64,000 nt of DNA. It comes from Eledone cirrhosa (lineage: Eukaryota). Both the position numbers and the translations under genes were made by a program. The notes under the pieces are model-generated. The model ran no database searches. It worked only from the letters and a program-made list of their open reading frames with translations, and had not been told where the DNA came from. The stretch is taken from contig OZ024740.1 of assembly GCA_964016885.1 (NCBI GenBank), forward strand, positions 133,548,001 to 133,612,000. The letters run 5' to 3'. Shown one piece after another: positions 40,181 through 55,345 of this stretch; within the stretch, counting starts at the first letter, position 1, and each line of letters starts with the position of its first letter.

Positions 40181-40621
40181 ATGGCTCCATTATGGACAAT
40201 GATGCGAATGGGACTTGCCCAATATACAAATGTAAATCATGAATAGCATAGAAAGGTCTAAGAGGAATATAGGGAAGACAAACATAAGGTATGTCAGCCA
40301 ACAATACTAGAGTGTCATGTTCGTCGATGTTAACCCTCGAGGTGAACTAGCGTATCGTTTAAGAGCTTTATACAAAATAAAAATAAACATTAAAATAGTA
40401 GAAAAACCAGTTGCTCCCATAAAACCCCGACCAGTAGGACTTACTCCTTTAGAAAAGCTCCCTGTCCAGAAGAGCTCACAGCACGGTGCGAAGGTAACCT
40501 AAAGGAAGCAGCAACGAATTTCCTCTTATGCTAATGGCCAGCCAAAACAGGCAAAAAGGGCGGTGTCCTAGCATGGCCTCGCCCGGATGGATTTAACAGG
40601 TAAAAGAGTAAAAGTATATGT

Positions 40622-40677
<56 letters not shown>

Positions 40678-41929
40678 GCCATTGTTAATTAATAAATAAA
40701 TCAACTAATACCTTAACATTTCACACAAAGTAAAATATTTCGTTTTAATCATTTTCTAACCCAGAAAAGAGAGAGAAATAAATAAAAAGGGAAACAAATA
40801 TATTTTTCTTCCTCATAATCGTGTTTTTCTCCCTGTCTTCATATATATATATATAATTTGAATTCATCCTTGAATGTGAGCAAAGTGAAGAACACAGAAG
40901 CACTAGAACGCTGTAAACACTGGAATTAAACGGTCAATTGATTTGATTTAATTAATTAAATTAGAACATATTGGATTACCATTGTACCAGGTTGGAATAT
41001 AGTAAGCGATACTGTGGACGCGCCGAATGTAACTTACAGCTTGATATGTATAGTTACATCTAAACTTGTATGACTCGGATAATTTAAGTCATTCGTTACA
41101 CCACGTGGTATGCTGAGAAACTTAGGATTGCATGGACTGACAGTCCCACAGCTATGATGCGGAGGTATTGATCCCAACATGAGACTGGAGTGGATGGTAT
41201 TGTAATCGTAAGGGGTAACACGGACGAATGGAACACGTGGATACATGTATGTATATATATAGATATATATGAGTGTGTGCGTATGTACGTAGGTCTATGT
41301 AGACGTACACGCAAACACACACACACGCAAGCATTATATTCTACTGATATCCATGATGATTGCTTCTACTACGCTTTGCTTTAGTTCTGTGAACCACACA
41401 GATAAATTGCATTTGAACGCCACCTATAACACTTGTTGCCATACTGTGATGGATACATGGAATTCCACTATACGATCGCTTACCTGGCTCCCGCTATATC
41501 TGACTCTGGATACATCATTCACTTTCGTTAATATTATTCTTAAACTGTCATCTCTGAAATCCTTTACTGTCTACAACTATATTTGTTTGCATTTATTTGC
41601 ATTGCTTATATAATGTGTTATCTTTTATGTTTCATTTTTATTTTTAACTTTATTTTTATCAGCTTTTATCCTCATATTTTATTCTAATTTTTATTTTTAT
41701 TATTTTTTATTATTTTTTCATATTTTCTTATATTATCATCACTTTATTGTTATCTTTATTTTATCCTTACTTCTAGACTCTACCCATTACGCTTCCTTAT
41801 CTTTTATTTTTCCTTATCTTTAATTATTGTAACTGATTTTGGCCTTATATGTATCGGCTCTTATATATATCGTCTTCTAGCGGTGAGGCGTCGTCCAAGC
41901 ACCCCACTCTTCTTAGTCCTCTGTGCTAC

Positions 41930-42079
41930 ACACGGATCGTTCTTGTGATATAGGTCGGTAGAGTTTATACTATTGATCTAATTCCTCTTTATAACGCTCT
42001 GATGAGTCCTGCAATTACGCAAGGACAAAACACTGTCAGCAAATAAAGATTAATTGATGATGTAAGCGGTTTTTGTTTT

Positions 42080-42131
<52 letters not shown>

Positions 42132-42277
42132 AAAACAAAAACCGCTTACATCATCAATTAATCTTTATTTGCTGACAGTGTTTTGTCCTTGCGTAATTTC
42201 AGGACTCATCAGAGCGTTATAAAGAGGAATTAGATCAATAGTATAAACTCTACCGACCTATATCACAAGAACGATCC

Positions 42278-42281
<4 letters not shown>
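41930..42281. repeat. Tail-to-tail inverted repeat around (TA)n, each arm with an HHR carrying AAAA in place of GAAA
   Basis: 41996-42040 GCT-CTGATGA-GTCCT..AGGAC-AAAA-CACTGTC-AGC; mirror copy at 42171-42215. Confidence 0.8.
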
Positions 42282-42322
<41 letters not shown>

Positions 42323-42518
42323 AGGGTCGGCCAAAGTGATCAGAGGATGAATATGAAAAAGTTATGCTAGAGTTGTGAAATCTTGCACGCGGTAATTTCT
42401 ACTCTTCTTAATAACTGATTTGTTTCTTTCCATGCACAGTGTGGAAAATTATACCTCCTCATTTGGTCATTTCATGAGAGTATATTGGAGATTCTATGAA
42501 CTTTGCAGCCGATCTTCG

Positions 42519-42573
<55 letters not shown>

Positions 42574-42591
42574 CTTTGCAGCCGATCTTCG

Positions 42592-42800
<209 letters not shown>

Positions 42801-42861
42801 ATATATATTATATATATATATATTATATATATATATATATATAATATATATATATATATAT

Positions 42862-42895
<34 letters not shown>

Positions 42896-42904
42896 ATATA
42901 TATT

Positions 42905-43040
42905 CGCGTGGCTGAGTGGTAACAGAATTGGATTCGCAATCGTAAGGCTGTGAGTTCGATTCCTGGACTGGCTATGTGTTATGTGCTTGAGCAAGACACT
43001 TTATTTCACGTTGCTCCTTCTACCTGGAGTTGCGACAGAT
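42905..43040 (+). mobile_element. tRNA-derived SINE, second family
   Basis: A box TGGCTGAGTGG, B box GAGTTCGATTCC, body TTGAGCAAGACACTTTATTTCACGTTGCTCC. Confidence 0.8.
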
Positions 43041-43210
43041 AGATACTATTAACAATTGGAAAAACCAACGGAAACATTGTTTCCTCAGTCGGATTAGACG
43101 AAAGTTGATTGACTCTCGATATATATATTTCATCCCAGCGTCAGATGGTATAAAATAACTTTTACAATTATTTCGCATAATTTGGAACACTTAATATGTA
43201 TATATATACA

Positions 43211-43255
<45 letters not shown>

Positions 43256-43989
43256 AAGGTTTAGCAAATAATGAAAAAGTTTCAAAATAAATTTTAAAAA
43301 ATTGACTTTACCTTCTATAGTTACCTTTACCGATCGGTTTCGAATCCCAAAAATAAAACGGAGACCATACGGATGTATATATATGTAATGTTATAGTATA
43401 TTATAGAAACGTAATCCCAAAAATAAAACGGAGACCATACGGATATATATATATATGTAATGTTATAGTATATTATAGAAACGTTATAATTGAAGAGTTC
43501 CTACATTGCCCACTTCAGACGCAATGTCGGGAAAACAAGTAATTAAGCGTTGGCGAAAGATTTAAAATTAGATATTGAATCTTGCTCTTATACGTTTAAG
43601 GACGTTATTACCTACATAATTTATTTCATAAGATATAATTGACCTTCGGTCGACTTTTTAGAAATTTCTTTGTCGGAAATATCTATTTTGAAGCGTATCA
43701 ATAAATTATAATATTTTGCTCGCATAAGGCTTTTTCCGTACATTTTCTAGATCCGTTATAGATGAAATAACTTTTCACATATTATACTTTATGATAATAC
43801 GGGTGCGATTTTATTTACTGTGTGTGCGTATACTTAGAGAGAGGAGAGAATGCAAATCCCGACCGGAGCGCGAAGCGTTTTCGGCTGGTGTGACGCAAGC
43901 CAAAACCGATTGGCGTCGTAGTCGTAATTTTACCTATCGCTTTACACACTCTGCATTACTCCAAGCATTGAGTTCTATCATGAAATGTG

Positions 43990-45060
43990 AACAAATGAGT
44001 TTTATTTTACAATATTATCTCCCTTACGCTTCTCACATTTCTTCTACTGGTGTTTCAGTGCTTGGATCTCATTGGTGATTGAGCTTTCACCTGTTGGTAA
44101 AAAATGTCATTAATAGCAGATGTGATGCAATATTGGTTCACAGCCAAGTGTTGTTTCGTGTTAGAGTCAAATGGGGCCAAACCAGGAGAATAAAGAGGGT
44201 GATCGACCTGTTCAATAACTCACTAACGTACAGCAGCCATTGAAACCAAGGATTGTGTACTAGAGCAATGCCCTGATGAAACAAGACCGCTTTCGTCAGT
44301 TTTCTAAGCCGTTTGGTCTTGATACCTTTTTGTAATTGCCTCAGCAAGTTGGCATAGTACTCGCTATTCATTCTGTGTCACGGTTGTAGTCAGTCAGTAA
44401 ACAAAATAGCTTTTTCATCCCAAACCCTGAGGTCAACGCTTTCCCTGCAGATGAAACGAGGGGTGTTTCCACTGCATGGATTTTCTCTTTGTCTCTAGCT
44501 CAAAGTGATGAACCCAATAATCATCCTGACTTAGATTTCAACGAAACCAGCTGGATCTACCTCAAACGAAGTCAAATATTCCCGTGATGTGTACAACTTG
44601 GTATGATTTCGATCAGGAGCCAGAAGCCATCGAAACCACCGAGCAGAAATCTTCCTCATGCCAATTTCACGGTGCAAAATATTCTGACCTCTCTCCGGGG
44701 ATATGCTAACAGCATTAGCTATTTGATTTATAGTCATTCTCCGGTTATCCATTCTCATGTGGTGTACACTATAATTTTTATGCCACGTTGTGGCAGTCGC
44801 AAGACATCCAGAACTTGGGTCAAATTCAAGATTCTCTCTTCCACTCCTAAATTCAGCTTTCGACCTTTGGTTGATAAAGTTGGAGCGTCATCCCTTAATG
44901 TAGCAATCATGTCAGCATGAAAATCCTCGGTGGATAACAACTTTTCCTGCAGATATTTGATAATACCACGTTGCAAAACTTTGTCTATTTTCAAGGTAAG
45001 TCGCTAGTAGTTAATTGAAATTTTCTTTAAATTAATGCTTGATATCACAGCTCTAGCATT
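43990..45060 (-). mobile_element. Mariner transposase pseudogene
   Basis: RGIIKYLQ..FHADMIATLRDDAP, DNRRMTINQIANAVSIS..ILHREIGMRKISARW, NSEYYANLLRQL..VLFHQG. Confidence 0.82.
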
Positions 45061-45892
45061 CCTCCTTCATAGTCAGTCCAAAACAGTTCTGGACCCGGCT
45101 CCAATAGTGATCTGGGGGTTTGGCCCCTGTAACCTGTGCTTGGCCAGAGAACTTTGTATTCTATTTGAAATGGGTCCACTCGCCAACAAAATATTGGAAT
45201 TAGTTGCTAATTGCACTGGATTCAGAAATTCTACTTTCAAACCTGTAGAGTCCGTTATGCCACCCCGGAGCATAACGGACTATATAACCTCAACTTCGAC
45301 AACCGATCTCCCAGTATCTGGATTACCCGACAGAAAATAACCAAAGTTGGCTACCTCTCCTACTCTAGTACACATACGTCCGCCACCCCAAAATCCACCA
45401 AATCGAGAAATCTCTGTCCTTCACTCCAATTATATTCACAGGAGACTACACACTTGTTACCACCTATTTCCCATCGTTGTTGTACATTATCTTCGTTCTA
45501 TCTTGAATTAAATTTTAAAATTTATTTTCTGCTTTCCGCGCGCTGGTTAACGTGTGTGCGTCGATTTGCATGTACGCGTATGCGCGTGTGTATATGCGTG
45601 CGACTACCGAGTGAGTTCCCTCTACCTCTCTCTATCATACACTCCTACCTCTCCCTTTTTCTGACAACTGTTAGCTACCAACTGACCTTTTGCTCTGAGA
45701 TCATCCAATATAACCCAATTCTACAGACCCGCCCGACATTGCCTTTTGTCTTTCCACCTTTACCCTTCTTCCGTTTCAGTTTTAGCTTTACTTCCTCTTC
45801 TTCGCATCCTGCGTCTTCCTTTCTTCATTTTATCATTTCTTCAATTCTTCCTCTTCATTAACCCTTTCTTTCTTCTCATACGCGTGGGTGTT

Positions 45893-45950
<58 letters not shown>

Positions 45951-46682
45951 TCGACGATACATGTGTGTCTGTGCCTGACAATTAAGTATACAACATCCTC
46001 CTCCAGCCACCATTCGCTCCTCCCTATCCTTCCTTTGCTATGAAGTTATACCCACTGGCTGATCTTGCACCCCTACCCAAGCTAGTCAATGTCACCTGCT
46101 AATACGACACCTATCTCCACAGTGCCTTTTGTCATCGTTTTCTTTTTTCTTTTTAATTACTTTTCTATTCTACTTTCTCCTTCAATTTCTCGTCATTCTG
46201 TTTATACTCCCTTTTTCATTCCCCTTCTTCCTCCCTTCCTTCTTCTTCCTTTTCTTCCTCTCATTTCCCTTCAATTTGAGATGCTTTCGTAATGAAGGCT
46301 ACAAAGGGGTAACTAGGTAACTGTATGAGCTCGCATTCGATCAGGCTTCCTAATTAATTGTAATGGAAACATTGTATAATGGAGTGGCGAAATGTATTGT
46401 CACATTATTGCAACAGATGACTTTATTTGTTTATATATTATGCTATAGTCTTTTCATTTCCTTTAAATATGGCAATATTATGTTGTGTCTTTTTCCTTCA
46501 CGTGTTAACTGAAGATATCTGAATGAAGAGAATAATGAGAAGACAAAGGAAATGTCATCATCTTGCACTGCTTCACTGCATTGAGTTCATAACAAAGACG
46601 CACTAAATTCTGTTCACCACGATCAGCTACACAGCCGCGCCCACATACCCATACACACAGACGCCCCCCCCCCCACACACAC

Positions 46683-46786
<104 letters not shown>

Positions 46787-47349
46787 ATTAACAGGGTATC
46801 GTTTAAGGCAATCCAATTGTAATTAAAATCGAGTGGCGTAGCATTTTGCGAACAGCGGTATTTAGACACAGCAGACTAATGAAACATTTTGTTAATGCTT
46901 TGAATAAACCCTATTGTACAGCCGATCCTTAATATTCTTCACTCATTTACTATATATATATATATAGATAGATAGAGAGGGGCGGGGGAGACACTATTCT
47001 CTAAAATAATTTATCACTTAAAGTAGCTGGGTCACTTTTATTGTAATAATGTAATAATGGCTTGCTTTGCGACTGTATTTGAGGATTAAATGTCGAAGAT
47101 TTTCTATCTGTATCAATTTTTCACTGAAGCCACGGGGTTAACACTTGCAGAAGATCATAAATCTGATGGCATAACATTTATTGATTATTTATTTCCAAGC
47201 GATATTCATGTGTAATTGAAGGGAATAGGCTTCAACTAGATATCAAAATTGCCCGCTCCTTTAGCAGTCTAAGGGATATCTTAACGGAGATTTGCCACTT
47301 TATTGCCCAATGCGTTCTTAGATTTTTAACAACTAGTTATTATTACTAT

Positions 47350-47560
47350 GAGGGTGGTAAATTGGTAGAACGGGTAGGACTTTGGACAACATGCTTAGCC
47401 GCATAGATTTACGGTCCTTTACATTCTGAGTTCAAATCCCACCGAGGTTAGCTTTGCCTTTCGTCCTTACGCGTACGATAAAATGAAGTTCCAGATTTAA
47501 TTGACTTTCCCTTTCCCTAAAAATTGTTGGCCTTGTGCCTAAATCAGAAAACGTTATTAT
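47350..47560 (+). mobile_element. SINE, MetaSINE-like family
   Basis: GAGTTCAAATCCCACCGAGGTTAGCTTTGCCTTTCGTCCTT..GGCCTTGTGCCTAAA. Confidence 0.75.
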
Positions 47561-48234
47561 TAATAGCAGAAAAAAACACCCTTCGGGTTGTTTTCTGCTG
47601 CAATGTGTAGTGTGCATATTGATATTATACGCAAATATATATGCATGTAGATATGATACGTCAAATAAAATCGTAATTGACAATATGCACAGAAATTGAA
47701 GAGAGACTGTGTTATACTCTCTTCTATAATTAGTAAAGTAATCCATGATACATTTTAAAAGAGACGATATTATATATAAAATGCATTACGTTGAAATGTA
47801 ATGAAAACGAAAAAGGAAAATTATAAACGTTATGATATAATGATGCAAATATATGAACATTTGTATAAGTGATATGATATAGAGTCCGTTATTTCATAAT
47901 CGGAAGTATTGACATTTGAAAATTTTAAAAGAAGTGAATCTTAAAATAAGCAAGCATTATATATAAGAATATTTATGTTTAATCAACAGCTACGAAATTT
48001 AGTACATAAATTATGTAATATTCATTCATTATTTATTCAAAGTAATCCAACTTATTTTACTAACGGGATAAAAAGATATATTCCCGCACTCCTCCCTTTA
48101 TTATATTATGATTCTTTCGGAACCATTGCGAAAGCTGGTGCTGTCGCAGGTAATCCCGCTCTAACCAGGACGTGGGAGGACTGTGTCGGTATATGCGGAA
48201 GAAATCACTGGGATGTTGTCAAACATTTCGTAAA

Positions 48235-48530
48235 TTGAGGTGGTCGGCACTTTCTAATGAAAATATGAAAGGTTGACGGGAACAAAACTGAACCCGGAAA
48301 AGTTGGTGGGTTTGAAGCTCCTCAAATCTGGAGAGCAAATCCATGCCGTCCAAGAGCGTCGTCAAACGCTGCATGGACAGACGGACTGGTGAAGTTGCTC
48401 GGAATCTGATTCGAACCAGACCTCCAAGGGGATAAGAACTGGGACGAGGTACCGAGCAGGGTGGCTAACGTCACGCAGAAATGGGTCGAGTAGCTATGCC
48501 TGAAAGGTTGTGGAGAGGTGGTGTGCACGT
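48235..48530 (+). mobile_element. Small Tx1-like RT fragment
   Basis: Similar to 6245-6530 (YERLTGTKLN, WTDGLVKLLGI.F.PDLQ.DKNW.EV). Confidence 0.7.
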
Positions 48531-48541
48531 ACATCACTTAC

Positions 48542-48688
<147 letters not shown>

Positions 48689-49517
48689 ATCAGAATAAAT
48701 ATCAGAATTAAATTCCGAAGTTGTAAAATACGTAATTCTCTGCAAGAGGTATACAAGGGATGGTTTCCCATTTACGAATTTTACTTTACATCTACACGGT
48801 TACACTTTCAATTCTAACGTGCTGTACTGTCAGAAAGTATCTTCTAACATAGTTTCTGGATAACATAATCGTTTTTAATGAGATTTAGTAGGCGATAATT
48901 ATGTGGAATCCTGCAAGAAGGACAATTACTATACTTGGATGATACAATTAATCCGGTATGGTCTTTAACACTACTATGAGACTTTTCGGTTCATTATCAG
49001 AATCTTGTATGAAGCAAGCATTGTCCCTCCCACTCACCCGTCCCCCAAAAATGTCACGACCTGTGCCCTTGATCCTCTTACTACGAATATAGTAATCTAT
49101 TGGGTATATTATTGCTAATAAAGAAATTATTTTCACTGATTAGAACAAGATGATTAAGATGCATCATGATGGATGAAACCCTGTTAAATACATACAACTC
49201 TTGGTGTCAAAACAATTATGTGATAACTTGATGCAAATATGCGATCAAGCAATAGAATAATAGAATAAACGAAAGTGATTTTCTGAGAAATTCTGCTTTG
49301 ATTCATTTCAACTGACATACGAAAAGAGAGAGAGAATGAGAAAATAATCTTCTTAAACCAAAAGCTAAATACGAAAATAAAATACTTTCGACAACTGAAT
49401 ACCGATATATTCTGGGCGGATTTCCTCCTGGTTTTATAAGCCAACGGCTCATTAAACCTCAAGGTTATTCTGATATCTTATGTACGTCTTTACGCGCATA
49501 TGATTCCTAATTGGTTG

Positions 49518-49614
<97 letters not shown>

Positions 49615-49675
49615 ATATATATATATGTATGTATATATATATATATATACATGTATGTATATATATATATGTATG

Positions 49676-49754
<79 letters not shown>

Positions 49755-49767
49755 GTATGTATATATG

Positions 49768-49880
<113 letters not shown>

Positions 49881-50584
49881 GATATGTATGTATGTATGTA
49901 TGTATATAACCCTTAGATTGGTTTTTAAGAATACCTGTAACGGATTTATTCAAAGCATTCAATTTCTTCTTGCCGGTAACAATCTAATGGATTTATGTAG
50001 ATTGGAAAGAAGGTCATGGCGTGACTACATTTTCGTAGCTTTGCAGGAATTTACTTTGAAAGAAGGAGAGAGAGGAAGAAGTATAATGAAGAAAGATCCA
50101 GTTGGTTGTTGTTATTATTTTCACTGGTGTTGGGGGTGTTAAGAATAATGTCGATGATCATCATCATGATCATCCTTATCTTAATCATGTCATTTACGTT
50201 TCTCGTTTTATGATGGTGTTTATTTTGCTCGTTCTATGAGCTTTTGTGAAGTTAGACAGGATTAATATGAATTAAGTACGGCGGATCATACAACGGAAGG
50301 GAACACGGCGGATTGAATTTCGGATGGAAATCTGCTGATCTGAATTAAAGAAATGCTGTGCATTTACTTCACGCAGCAAATACAAACTTGCCAATACAAA
50401 AAGAGACTCATACACAAATGCAAGGACGCATGCACAAAAGCACACAGAAAATGACATACAAGCACAGGCAAGCAACAAAAGCTGACATACAGATTTAGTT
50501 ACAAAACAAACAGATAGGCAACTACTGATACTCTACATAGTTATCCACAAATGTATAGATTAGCAGACGTTATATATATATATA

Positions 50585-50900
<316 letters not shown>

Positions 50901-51882
50901 TGTGCGTGTGTTTGTGTTTGTGTGTGTGTGTATTGCTTGCGTGTGCTTGTATGTTATTATGTGTGTTTCTCTGTGCGCTTGCTTGCCTTTGTATGTGTAT
51001 GAGAATGTGTGTGTTTATGTTAGCAAGTTTGAATTTACTTTGTAAATGAACATCATGTCGAGCAAGATGAACTGTCGGATGAAATGTCTTGCAATATATA
51101 GTTATGGGCCTTTGTGAAATGACTTTAAATCTCACACTTCATATGTCCATGGTTTATATGAAAATATACCAATCAATTTCTGAGATTGATATTATTACAG
51201 AACCACTGACCCCTAAATCTGTCGCTTGCTCTTAATTTAGATATCAACACATAAATAGAAAATGGGGTACGACCTGAAGGCTTCATACGTACACTCACAC
51301 TCTAAGCCAATTACTTGCAGGGCAAACACGTATACATATTACAACCATTCAACCGAATCGCAACCACTTACAGGGCTTGAACGTCTTTGCTATACTTATA
51401 AATAAAGCACACACAAACAGAGTTAATGTCAAACACATAATCACACAAATGCATTTAACGCTATCAAACTAACATCAATACGAACATACTATTCTAACAT
51501 TCATCGGCATTTAATCAGATAAAACAGTAGGAAGCTGACATAATTAATTAGATGGATTGCCATCCGTTTTGAACGTATGTCTTCCCTTTGTTTGATCAAA
51601 GGAACGACCTCGGATTACATTTATTGTATTCAGCAATGTAGAGCGATATCTTTTATTTATTATTTATTTGAATATGGCATAGCCGGTCATTAATCGCTCG
51701 TATACGGGGAACAGTGTGGCCTCTTTGCTGATATGTAAATCTGGCTAATTAGTGGATCTGCTAATATGCAGATCTGTCTGATCAGCCAGTCTGCTAATAT
51801 GCAAATCAGGCCGATCAGTCACTGTATATTTTAGAAAATATCATATATTTTCATTAGCTCTGACAGTTGACAGGTGAACAGT

Positions 51883-51932
51883 GAACTGCACTGATGAAGG
51901 GTGATACCCAGAAACATTAGTGTCTGCAGTTC
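51883..51932 (+). ncRNA. Type I hammerhead ribozyme
   Basis: GAACTGCA-CTGATGA-A-GGGT-GAT-ACCC-A-GAAA-CATTAGTGTC-TGCAGTTC; perfect 8-bp stem I; GUC site. Confidence 0.85.
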
Positions 51933-52814
51933 TGTTCGTATAAGAGCAAGCATAAGGGACTCATTCTACTGACATGGCTTTAAAAATGACGCTCTTTACA
52001 TAATTGCAAACGAATCGAATATTATTATTAATATTCGAAAAACTCAGATTACATTTATTGTATTTAGCCATGGAGAATGATAATTTTGTTTTTATTTATT
52101 ATACATATATAATAAAGAAATAGCTTCTTCGGGACTAGAACTGTTATATTCGGAGGAAATCATCACGCTTTCCTTGTAATTTCCTTCGAATGAAACAGTT
52201 CTAGGTCCTGTAGAAGCCATTTCTATATTAAATATTCAAACTCTGCTATTTATTGAGTAGTGACGTACGTTTTGCTATTGATCAGCTCAAGGTTTGATCT
52301 GTATCGATCTAGCCCGACTCTGGAATCAAAAGCTCATCGGATCTCTGCTGTGGTAATGACAAAGTCGGGCTAGAGCGATACAGATCCAACCTTAAGCTGA
52401 TCAATAGCGAAACGCGCATCTCAAACTATATATATATATATATATGTCTGTAAATGAAGTAATTCCGTCGGAAAGATCAAGGAAAAAAGAGTGCTCTATG
52501 TAAATTACAGAGCTTAATAGTTATGTAATAAACAACATAAGATAATTATTTCATTTACCAGTCGTTTCTTGAAAGCAAACAAATCTGCTTTCAGTCATCA
52601 GAATGAAAAAATCCTGGTGTTTTTATTGAATGTGGATTTGAAAACAACAATATAAGGAATATGAAAGAGAGACTGAAGGAAGAAGAGAAAAAGATAATAA
52701 ATATATAAGTATATAAACACACACCCACACACAAACATACATATATGTTCATATGTATATATACACATAAATATACATACACATACACATAAATACACAA
52801 CCACACACATATAT

Positions 52815-52869
<55 letters not shown>

Positions 52870-52876
<7 letters not shown>

Positions 52877-52939
52877 AAGTTAAATAAAAGTCAAATGATT
52901 AAAATTTTAATCATTTGACTTTTATTTAACTTTATTTTA
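52870..52939. repeat. Perfect 70-bp palindrome without a spacer, next to (TA)n
   Basis: TAAAATAAAGTTAAATAAAAGTCAAATGATTAAAA|TTTTAATCATTTGACTTTTATTTAACTTTATTTTA. Confidence 0.9.
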
Positions 52940-53034
52940 CACTACTCCGGAGTAACCAAACCAACCTGCGAACTTCGTCGAGTGCTCCAGCCTGCATACT
53001 GAGGTGTTGGTATACAACCAACATAAACTCAAAA

Positions 53035-53080
<46 letters not shown>

Positions 53081-53098
53081 ACGCGCAGCTCCATTATT

Positions 53099-53194
<96 letters not shown>

Positions 53195-53472
53195 TATAAA
53201 TAAATATATAAAAATAAATAAACGACCATGTGCAGTCACATCACCATACAAAGACAAAATACATATACAAGAAAACAATAAATAAATTAAAAAAATAAAG
53301 TCAAATTTTAAAAATAAAAAAATAATAAAATAAAGAAATAAAAATAAAAAATAAAAAATTAGCAAGTTGACAGCAATACGAAAGAGGAAAAAAAACACAA
53401 ATAAAAATAAATAAACAAAGATACGTGGTAAGCAAAAGCACAAAATAAATATATATATATATGTATATATAA

Positions 53473-53506
<34 letters not shown>

Positions 53507-53667
53507 GCATATATACACACACACACATAAATACATATATACACACACATACATAAACAAATACACACACACATACATACACATACACATACATAGAAAT
53601 ATATACACACAAGTATATATACAATACAAATATATACACAGATAAGTATATACATACAAATACATAT

Positions 53668-53718
<51 letters not shown>

Positions 53719-54011
53719 AGTACATACTCACATGCATACACACTTGTACGCGCGCATATACTTTCAACCACACGTATAGGTACATATATATAAATGTAGG
53801 TGTATAAACATATATCAAAAAATGTATAAGTATACAAATATATAAATAAATACATTCACACACGCATATACATGAGAACAAATACATACAACCACATACA
53901 CACATATATATAAATAAATACTTATATATAAAAGATATACATACATACATACGCATATATACACATACATACGCACGCACACACACCCACACACATATAT
54001 ATATATATATA

Positions 54012-54212
54012 TAGGAACAAGTAGGACCCGACGGCTGAGTTCAAGCCGTTTCGACGGCTAATTCTGGACTAATGTCTAGAATTAGCCGTCGAAACGACTT
54101 GACCTCAGCCGTCGGGGTCCTACTTGTTCCTATTACCCACTCTACTACCCTAAGTATTGAGTACTTTGATGATTTATGGTCCATCTTGTTCCTTACCACA
54201 TTTCCTTCGTTA

Positions 54213-54215
<3 letters not shown>
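54012..54215 (+). repeat. Fold-back element of the 27628/61338/61546 family
   Basis: Hairpin 54012-54131, then TATTACCCACTCTACTACCCTAAGTATTGAGTAC; (TA)n flanks. Confidence 0.8.
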
Positions 54216-54253
<38 letters not shown>

Positions 54254-54499
54254 GTGTACATACTTATATTTATATATATATATATAATTAAAAAGGTGGA
54301 AGGGGTATTCAAAGAGTTGGAAATACGACAAATATGAATTAAAATATAAATGTTTATAACTAAAGTAGAGCACTCAACAAGTTCCTGGAGTAAATATGAT
54401 AATAAATGTTTAATAACTTTGTATATAATTATATATATATACACATACACGCGCACACACACACACATATATATATATATCTATATATATATATATAGC

Positions 54500-54721
54500 A
54501 ACGATCGACTTTCGTCAAATCGGACCGAGGGAACAATGTTTTCATTGGTCTTTCCAATTGCTAATACTATCTATCGGTCGCAGCTCCAGGTATAAGGAGC
54601 AACGTGAAATAAAGTGTCTTGCTCAAGGACATAACGCATCGCCTGGTCCAGGAATCGAACTCACAACCTTACGATTGCGAATCCAATTCTCTAACCACTC
54701 AGCCACAGCCCTTCACAAATG

Positions 54722-54757
<36 letters not shown>

Positions 54758-54775
54758 CACCCACACACACACAAA

Positions 54776-54806
<31 letters not shown>

Positions 54807-54827
54807 CATATATACATATATACATAT

Positions 54828-54880
<53 letters not shown>

Positions 54881-55137
54881 CTTGATCACTTTGACCGACC
54901 AGTCTGTCGGGCGCCAATCGCTGCTCACAGCACGTCGTGCTGTTTTAGCCATAAGATAACGCCATCCCACTGGCTAGGCGGGCAGGCCCGTACTCATTTC
55001 TACAGCTGAGTAAACTGGAGCAACGTGAAATAAAGTGTCTTGCTCAAGGAAACAACACATCACCCGGTCCGAGAATTGAACTCACAATCTTTCGATTGCA
55101 AGCCGAATGCTTTAACCACTAAGCCTGGCGCCTTCAC
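54500..55137 (-). mobile_element. Two copies of the second SINE family (54500-54715 and 54880-55137)
   Basis: GGAGCAACGTGAAATAAAGTGTCTTGCTCAAGGA..GGAATCGAACTC..TAACCACT. Confidence 0.8.
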
Positions 55138-55252
55138 TTTATATATATAAATATGCGTACATACAAACATATAAACAAAAACGTGCATATTCACGCACAA
55201 TAATTACACACTCACAAAAGCACATATATATATATACATATACATATTATAT

Positions 55253-55345
<93 letters not shown>

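Noticed and set aside
42905-42975. Possible tRNA gene
   Set aside because: A and B boxes are present, but it runs into a SINE body repeated elsewhere in the window and has no convincing acceptor stem
43344-43483. Short tandem duplication of about 62 bp next to a minus-strand GAAACCGATCGGTA motif
   Set aside because: Only an HHR 3' half is present, and the duplication looks like local slippage
45211-45861. 216-aa ORF
   Set aside because: Low complexity, pyrimidine-rich, no recognisable domain or splice context
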